A stretch of 64,000 nucleotides of DNA, from positions 331,599 to 395,598 of the forward strand of contig OY970327.1 in the NCBI GenBank assembly GCA_963717365.1. The letters are read 5' to 3'. The DNA is from Candidatus Saccharimonadia bacterium (GTDB lineage Bacteria > Patescibacteriota > Saccharimonadia > Saccharimonadales > 2-12-FULL-41-12). The notes under the pieces were generated by a model. The model did no database searches, had not been told where the DNA came from, and saw nothing but the letters and a program-made list of their open reading frames with translations. This document shows positions 58,416-64,000 of the stretch, in pieces (the stretch's first letter is position 1; each line of letters begins with the position of its first letter). The translations under genes and the position numbers were made by a program.

Positions 58416-58847
58416 ATGGCAGTAGCAAAAAAAGTTAAAGCAAATTTAAAGATGCGCATCCCAGCCGGCAAAGCTACCGCGGCGCCGCCAGTTGGTAGCA
58501 CACTCGGCCAGCACGGCGTTAATATGATGGATTTTATTAATCCATTCAACGACGCTACCCGCGAGATGCGAGGTATCGTTACGGCGCATATCACTATTTA
58601 TGAAGATCGTACTATGGACTTCCGGGTTGTCAGCCAACCAGTTGATGACCAAATCAAAGCAAAATTGAATGTAAAAAAAGGTTCGGGCAAGCCAAACACC
58701 GAAAAACTTCCACAGAAACTATCTCAAAAGGATATTACCGAGATTGCCGAAGTCAAAGCTAAAGATATGAACACTGACGATATTGAAGCTGTTAAGAAAA
58801 TGGTTGCTGGCACCGCCCGTAGCATGGGCGTCGAAGTCGAAGCATAA
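58416..58847 (+). CDS. rplK: 50S ribosomal protein L11 (uL11)
   Basis: ...MRIPAGKATAAPPVGSTLGQHGVNMMDF... is a uL11 sequence. Confidence 0.97.
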   Translation: MAVAKKVKANLKMRIPAGKATAAPPVGSTLGQHGVNMMDFINPFNDATREMRGIVTAHITIYEDRTMDFRVVSQPVDDQIKAKLNVKKGSGKPNTEKLPQKLSQKDITEIAEVKAKDMNTDDIEAVKKMVAGTARSMGVEVEA

Positions 58848-58923
58848 ACCTACTTAAGCATTATTAGTAATTAATTATGTGGGAGGTTGCTTGCAACCGT
58901 TCGCACCACAGAGGAGAAAAGAT

Positions 58924-59904
58924 ATGACAGATGCCAAACCAAAGGAAACTAAGGCAAAGAAAGTAAAAGAAACGGTTGAACCAACACCGGAAGTTGTAGT
59001 AACCGAAGCTGTAATTGATACAACCGAACAGGAAGAAGCCGTAAACACTGAAGAGAAAGCGACTAAGGCAGTAGCTAAAGCAGGCAAACGCAGCACTAAA
59101 GCAATTACGGAAACACAAGAAAAACTTGCGAAGGAAGAGCGGAAAGCAGCAGCTAAGACTGATGATGCAGATAATAAGCCAAAGATACCGGTTAAGCCAG
59201 CACGGAGCCGTCTAGAACGCCGCAGCAAGAAATACCAGACTGTCGCTAAACTTATTGATACTACCAAGCAGTACACCCTGACGGAAGCACTAGATCTTGC
59301 AATCAAGACTAATCCGGTTAAATTTGATGCAACGGTTGAATTACACGTTCGACTTGGCGTTGACCCAAGGCAAGCTGACCAGAATATCCGTGATAACGTT
59401 GTATTGCCTGGTGGAACCGGTAAAACGATTCGTGTAGCCGTATTTGCGGAAGACGACGCTGCTAATGAAGCTAAGAAAGCTGGTGCCGATGTGGCGGGCA
59501 ATGATGATTTTTTGCAACAGCTAGATAAAGGCACGATTAACTTCGATGTCTTGATCGCTACGCCAAGCGTTATGGCACGCCTGAGCAAATACGCCCGTGT
59601 GCTTGGGCCAAAAGGCTTAATGCCTAACCCAAAGAGCGGTACCGTTACAACTGACGTAGCTAAAGCTGTTTCGCAGGCCAAAGCCGGTAAAGTAGAATAC
59701 CGCGTTGATAGCACCGGTATTGTGCACATTGGTATTGGAAAAGTGAGTTTTGGAACTAAAAAACTGAACGATAATATGCAGGCTATTCTTGCTAGCATCA
59801 AGTCTAATAAGCCAGCTAGCATCAAAGGCACCTATGTACGGTCTGTCACCGTCACTACCACTATGGGTCCAGGAATCAAAGTTGCAGTCAGCGAACTATT
59901 GTAG
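58924..59904 (+). CDS. rplA: 50S ribosomal protein L1 (uL1) with roughly 100-aa K/E/A/T-rich N-terminal extension
   Basis: The uL1 core starts ...RRSKKYQTVAKLID...VELHVRLGVDPRQADQ... ATG 58924 follows GAGGAG. Confidence 0.94.
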   Translation: MTDAKPKETKAKKVKETVEPTPEVVVTEAVIDTTEQEEAVNTEEKATKAVAKAGKRSTKAITETQEKLAKEERKAAAKTDDADNKPKIPVKPARSRLERRSKKYQTVAKLIDTTKQYTLTEALDLAIKTNPVKFDATVELHVRLGVDPRQADQNIRDNVVLPGGTGKTIRVAVFAEDDAANEAKKAGADVAGNDDFLQQLDKGTINFDVLIATPSVMARLSKYARVLGPKGLMPNPKSGTVTTDVAKAVSQAKAGKVEYRVDSTGIVHIGIGKVSFGTKKLNDNMQAILASIKSNKPASIKGTYVRSVTVTTTMGPGIKVAVSELL

Positions 59905-59917
59905 TTAAATAACTACA

Positions 59918-60763
59918 ATGAGCTTGAGGGTAGATAGTCAGGAGTACAAACTATATGTTGCTGAAACTACGTATTTAGACGACTCGCAAATTCATGCTTT
60001 CCAGGAGCCTTTCTTAAATTACTACGAAAGCGAATTTGGACAATTTCACTATAAGCAGAAGCTGCGTTTTGACCAGTTTCGTTACGACAATCTACAGATG
60101 CATGCCGACCTAGGTAACGATATTCAACCATTGCTGCATATGCCATTTACACATGACCATGTTGTCAGACCGATGTTAAGTTATCAAATTAGAAGTGGAG
60201 AACATAGCGAGCTCAGTCCTGAATCTATCCGTTTACTACGTCAAGCAGCCTATTTCCATGACACCGGCGAAAACGAACACCCATCGCTAGTTGACGTATG
60301 TGGCGGCATTGTCGGAGATATAGCATTTGATATAAAAAATAGCCAATCTCTCGAAGATAAGCAAAAAACAGCTTTACTGGAACGCAAAATTCGAGAGTTC
60401 TTTTACGAAAAGCACCTTAGACACATGTCAGACGACGAACTAATTGCGTTAGAAGAAATCGTTGGAGACGATACGCCAGATAGTTATGAAAAACAGTTTT
60501 TTGATACAGCTGAACATTTAGGATACTTAGGTACTGCCATGAAGGCAGCCGAGATCGCATTAGCCCATGCGCATGAGTTTGCAGACGGACCTTCACTTCG
60601 AATCTCACAGCTGGGCAGACTGGCAGTACAAGTAGGTAACCACTGGTTTGAAAGCCTTAGCAATGTAACGAGCGACTATCCACACATCCGCGATAAGCTG
60701 CAATCCTATGAATCAACTATTGCTGCGGTTAACACAAAAATTAAGCCATCTATTTCTATATAG
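59918..60763 (+). CDS. Hypothetical protein, possible HD-domain phosphohydrolase
   Basis: ...THDHVVRP... and ...LRQAAYFHDTGE... resemble the H...HD motif. Weak assignment. Confidence 0.45.
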   Translation: MSLRVDSQEYKLYVAETTYLDDSQIHAFQEPFLNYYESEFGQFHYKQKLRFDQFRYDNLQMHADLGNDIQPLLHMPFTHDHVVRPMLSYQIRSGEHSELSPESIRLLRQAAYFHDTGENEHPSLVDVCGGIVGDIAFDIKNSQSLEDKQKTALLERKIREFFYEKHLRHMSDDELIALEEIVGDDTPDSYEKQFFDTAEHLGYLGTAMKAAEIALAHAHEFADGPSLRISQLGRLAVQVGNHWFESLSNVTSDYPHIRDKLQSYESTIAAVNTKIKPSISI

Positions 60764-60892
60764 TGTTAAGCAAATAGTGATTATATTTCGGCTCACTTGT
60801 CAAAAAAACTGTTGTTAAATCAGCGCTTATGCTTGCGTCATCTATTTGACAGAACGTACAATAGAATCCAATAGCACAGAGGGAGCAGTGTT

Positions 60893-61606
60893 TTGGGAGT
60901 TTATAGTAATACTGAGATTAATGAAGCGCTGGATACAGGCCATATTGTTTGCGTACCGTTTAATCCAAAGCACGTTGCCCATGCCAGTCTCGATGTTACC
61001 TTAGGTTATTACTACTACCGCACTGGCCAGGCCAAACGTGGATATGTATATAACCCATTTGACGAATACGATGTAAACCGTTACTTTGGCGAAGTTCACC
61101 AAGCTGTTCCACACCAAGACTGGTGCCATGCCAACAACGTACGTTTACTTGAGGGCATTCCACCAGATCATCCTGTTATCCCCCTTAAACCCGGTGAACG
61201 AATTTTAGCTCATACGCACGAATTTTTTGGTATCAAGCCGCCGGGAGCTTATGAAATTAAATCTCGTTCTAGTTGGGGTCGCAACGGCATAGCTGTTTGT
61301 TTTGATGCAGGCTGGGTTGATCCAGGCTACATTAATCGACTAACCTTAGAAATTTATAACTTAAACGAACATGAGACCGTTCTGCTACCGGTTGGCGAAC
61401 GGATTGCCCAAGCTGTGTTTCACCGTACTGGTCCGGTGGATGGCAATTACGGCGAGGGCCGTCACGCTGGCATGAGTGGGAAGTATCAAAGCGGTACCGA
61501 TCTGGATACGCTTATTAAAAATTGGGCGCCTCACCAGATGTTGCCACGAGCTTATAAAGATTCGCGAAGCCTGCCGGAGGCCATACAAGGTTTAAAAGCC
61601 CGATGA
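60893..61606 (+). CDS. dcd: dCTP deaminase family protein (possibly bifunctional dCTP deaminase/dUTPase)
   Basis: ...FDAGWVDPGYINRLTLEIYNLNEHETVLLPVGERIAQAVF... is the family core. TTG start 7 nt after GGGAG. Confidence 0.82.
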   Translation: MGVYSNTEINEALDTGHIVCVPFNPKHVAHASLDVTLGYYYYRTGQAKRGYVYNPFDEYDVNRYFGEVHQAVPHQDWCHANNVRLLEGIPPDHPVIPLKPGERILAHTHEFFGIKPPGAYEIKSRSSWGRNGIAVCFDAGWVDPGYINRLTLEIYNLNEHETVLLPVGERIAQAVFHRTGPVDGNYGEGRHAGMSGKYQSGTDLDTLIKNWAPHQMLPRAYKDSRSLPEAIQGLKAR

Positions 61607-63927
61607 CCAGTCCAGCCAGCGAACCTAATAAAGGAATATTCTTAGTAATTGAAGGTACTGATGGTTCCGGCAAAGGCACCCAGTTTAAGCTGTTAGTCGA
61701 TCGCTTGCAAAACGATGGCTACGATATTGCAACGTTTGATTTTCCTCAGTACGACCAACAGTCTAGTTATTTTGTCCGCGAATACTTAAATGGTAAATAC
61801 GGTACTGCAGAAGAAGTTGGTCCATATACCGGATCATTATTTTACGCGCTTGACCGTTACCAGGCTGCGCCGGCCATACGGGAAGCTTTAGAAGCTGGCA
61901 AGGTAGTTATTGCTAATCGCTTTACCGGTTCAAATATGGCCCATCAAGGAACAAAATTTGACAACAGCGAAGAACGGAAAGGTTATTTTTTGTGGCTTGA
62001 TGCAATTGAATTTCAGATGCTTAACATTCCACGTCCCGATCTGTCTTTAGTACTGCGCGTACCGGCTGAAACTGCCCAGAAACTAGTAGACCAGAAAGAA
62101 AAGCGTTCCTACACCGATAAGAAGCGTGATTTACACGAAGCTGACCTCGGCCATATGCAAAAGGCGGTTCAGGTGTATGACAACCTCTGTGAATTATTTC
62201 CTAAAGATTTTAAGCAACTCGACTGTGTCCGTAACAGCGAACTACTTGGTATTGATACTATACAAACGTTAATCTGGGAGACCATTAATCCGATGTTACC
62301 GCCAAAGAATAATAAGAAATCTACCAAGAAAAGTTCGGCTGCTTCCTCTAGCTACCTTAAAGAAGGTAAGCATGGCACAGAAATTACAGAAGAGGGTAAT
62401 CAGAAACTCAAAGATATCGTTACTAATACAGAAAGTAATGTCTATGCGTTTAGTGAATCGATGAGTCCGCAGACTATTGCTGCAGCCATGGCGCGGCTCA
62501 GTCGCCGGGGTGACGATATGCGCATTACGCTACTGGATGAGTTTGTTGATGCCGCGGGCAAAGATGAAAAATTACTGCAACGTGTTATTACCGCTTATGG
62601 CGATGACTCCGTTCAACAACTAGTTGGCCAGCACGTCGTAGTAGAAGGCGCTAGTAACTTATTAACAAAAAAACTAGAGTGGGGCAGGCTGGCTTCATAT
62701 CTGGAACAATCGACTCGTTATATATATTTTGACCAAAAAGATAAAAATGGAAAATATAAGTACTTTGTTCCGGAACATTTTGATAAATCTACCAAAGATT
62801 CCTACATAGAAATTATGGATACCATCTTTGATACCTATTCACGGATGGTACGCGCTTTAACCGAACACATCCAAACGCATTCAAATGTACCTACAAAGGA
62901 ACAGGATGCAGCCTGGCGAAGTGCTACGCGAGCCCAGGCCTGCGATGCGATACGTCCGATTCTACCTGTAGCTACCAAAGCGACTGTTGGTATTTTTGGC
63001 TCTGGCCAGGCTCTTGAAAGCCTAATTATGCACCTGCAAAGCGACATACTGCCAGAAGCACAGCAAACGGGCACTAAACTTCTAGAGGAAGTCCGTAAAG
63101 TTTCTCCTGTCTTTTATGAACGTGCCGACAAGCCAGATCGTGGAGGTGCTTTTATTGCTTATCGATCTAATACCGCTAAGGCAGTTAAGGAATTAGCTGA
63201 TATGAGATTATCGGATACTCATAGCGCCGAAACAGAGCCGGTAAAATTAGTTTCCGTCTGGCCGCGTAACGAACTTGATTTAGTTGCCGATATGCTATAC
63301 GATCACTCGGCTTTACCACTTGATAAGATACAGTCAGAAGTAGGTGAATGGAGTTATAGTCAAAAGATTGAAATTTTTAACGCCTACATGGGCGAACGAC
63401 TTAATCGCCGGCACCGACCAGGTAGAGCAGTCGAGAAAGCCCACTACTCCTGGGATCTAGTCTGCGACTACGGCATATTCCGTGACCTGCAGCGTCACCG
63501 GATGGTAGATGACCTGGAATGGCAATTACTGACTCCCCGATACGGCTACGAGGTACCGTCACTGGTAGAAGAAGCGTTATTAAGTGATGATTTTGAAATA
63601 TGTTTTGATCTTAGTCTTAAGCTGTATAGCATTTTGCAATCAGCCGGCTATGACTACGAGGCTCAGTATGCCACGCTACTTGGTCACCGCATGCGTTGGA
63701 AGGTCACTTTTAACGCCCGTGAAGCGTTCCAGCTATTAGAACTTCGTTCCAGTCCCCAAGGACATCCAGGTTACCGTAAATTAGCCCAGCAGATGCATGA
63801 AAAAATTGGCGAGGTACACCCGCTTATGGCCGAAGCGATGAAGTTTATAAATAAAGGTGAAGACGCCGAGTTAACACGTTTGGCTGCCGAAAAATACACG
63901 CAGTTTAAGCTGCAGCAGCTGCAATAG
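61603..63927 (+). CDS. Fusion protein: thymidylate kinase (N-terminal) + long ThyX-like flavin-dependent thymidylate synthase (C-terminal)
   Basis: Tmk P-loop IEGTDGSGKGTQ lies at the N-terminus. The C-terminal region has the ThyX-like ...LQRHRM... motif and ...LLELRSSPQGHPGYRKLAQQM... ATGA overlap with dcd. Confidence 0.8.
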   Translation: MTSPASEPNKGIFLVIEGTDGSGKGTQFKLLVDRLQNDGYDIATFDFPQYDQQSSYFVREYLNGKYGTAEEVGPYTGSLFYALDRYQAAPAIREALEAGKVVIANRFTGSNMAHQGTKFDNSEERKGYFLWLDAIEFQMLNIPRPDLSLVLRVPAETAQKLVDQKEKRSYTDKKRDLHEADLGHMQKAVQVYDNLCELFPKDFKQLDCVRNSELLGIDTIQTLIWETINPMLPPKNNKKSTKKSSAASSSYLKEGKHGTEITEEGNQKLKDIVTNTESNVYAFSESMSPQTIAAAMARLSRRGDDMRITLLDEFVDAAGKDEKLLQRVITAYGDDSVQQLVGQHVVVEGASNLLTKKLEWGRLASYLEQSTRYIYFDQKDKNGKYKYFVPEHFDKSTKDSYIEIMDTIFDTYSRMVRALTEHIQTHSNVPTKEQDAAWRSATRAQACDAIRPILPVATKATVGIFGSGQALESLIMHLQSDILPEAQQTGTKLLEEVRKVSPVFYERADKPDRGGAFIAYRSNTAKAVKELADMRLSDTHSAETEPVKLVSVWPRNELDLVADMLYDHSALPLDKIQSEVGEWSYSQKIEIFNAYMGERLNRRHRPGRAVEKAHYSWDLVCDYGIFRDLQRHRMVDDLEWQLLTPRYGYEVPSLVEEALLSDDFEICFDLSLKLYSILQSAGYDYEAQYATLLGHRMRWKVTFNAREAFQLLELRSSPQGHPGYRKLAQQMHEKIGEVHPLMAEAMKFINKGEDAELTRLAAEKYTQFKLQQLQ

Positions 63928-64000
63928 CTATCTTTTTTTGAAAAGCGATTACTGACGATTTTGTTTGACCCTGTTTTCGCGGTGGGACTTGCATTGGCCC

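Noticed and set aside
58875-59831. 318-aa ORF antisense to rplA
   Set aside because: It is a low-complexity mirror translation of the L1 gene, which is unambiguous on the + strand. Other long antisense ORFs were rejected for the same reason: 24470-25117 (opposite rpsE/rplR), 10831-11394 (opposite tuf), 3337-3861 (opposite rpoC), 47562-48020 (opposite the CHAP gene), and 21755-22117 and 21759-22157 (in or opposite rplN).
63960-64000. Possible tRNA/tmRNA-like T-arm on the minus strand at the window edge (…TGCAAGTCCCACCGCG…)
   Set aside because: The stem does not pair properly (GGGCC vs GTCCC), there is no CCA or acceptor context, and the element is cut by the window end.

Overview
This 64-kb window comes from a small-genome bacterium that uses the standard code (TGA is a stop). 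All product calls rest on reading the translations by eye and on operon context; no database search was possible. The organisation looks like Candidate Phyla Radiation/Patescibacteria, probably Saccharibacteria-like. That placement is an inference from three things: no L30 between S5 and L15, K/A/E-rich extensions on many ribosomal proteins, and sparse metabolism.

Nt 1-32200 (+ strand) holds rpoB (5'-truncated), rpoC, then the str, S10, spc and alpha ribosomal operons and rplM-rpsI. Lineage-specific inserts interrupt this block:
- an unknown ORF between rpsG and fusA;
- a small membrane ORF after fusA;
- an orphan ORF between tuf and rpsJ;
- a 3-gene, roughly 3.7-kb island that splits rpsJ from rplC;
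- an acidic ORF translationally coupled between rplB and rpsS;
- an antisense Nudix gene between rplO and secY.

Nt 32200-64000 holds a VanX-like cassette, trpS, a pseudouridine synthase, holB, a TPR protein, orphan ORFs, a lone purF-like gene and membrane-anchored Cys-rich proteins. It continues with tRNA-Tyr, two tRNA-Thr, rpmG, an alpha-glucan cluster (GT, GH57, GH15), a CHAP hydrolase and a three-gene orphan cluster. It ends with nhaA, tRNA-Trp, a P-loop kinase/YgjP-like/histidine-kinase trio, secE-nusG-rplK-rplA and a dTTP module (HD-like, dcd, Tmk-ThyX fusion).

Main hunt results:
1. Two paralogous leaderless micro-ORFs (26 and 27 aa, C-terminus GGFFxxFE) each have their own promoter and terminator. 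They bracket the VanX-like cassette and precede trpS.
2. rpoB and rpoC carry three +1 reading-frame breaks. Two sit on CTT-AGR heptamers of the Ty1/prfB slippery type.
3. Many first genes have a -10 box 6-12 nt upstream of the ATG and no Shine-Dalgarno sequence, which implies leaderless mRNAs.
4. In the orphan cluster, a 507-aa protein ends in a RelE/ParE-like domain.
5. A consensus promoter followed by a terminator-containing structured leader sits directly upstream of rplC.

No CRISPR array, rRNA gene, transposase or integrase was seen.
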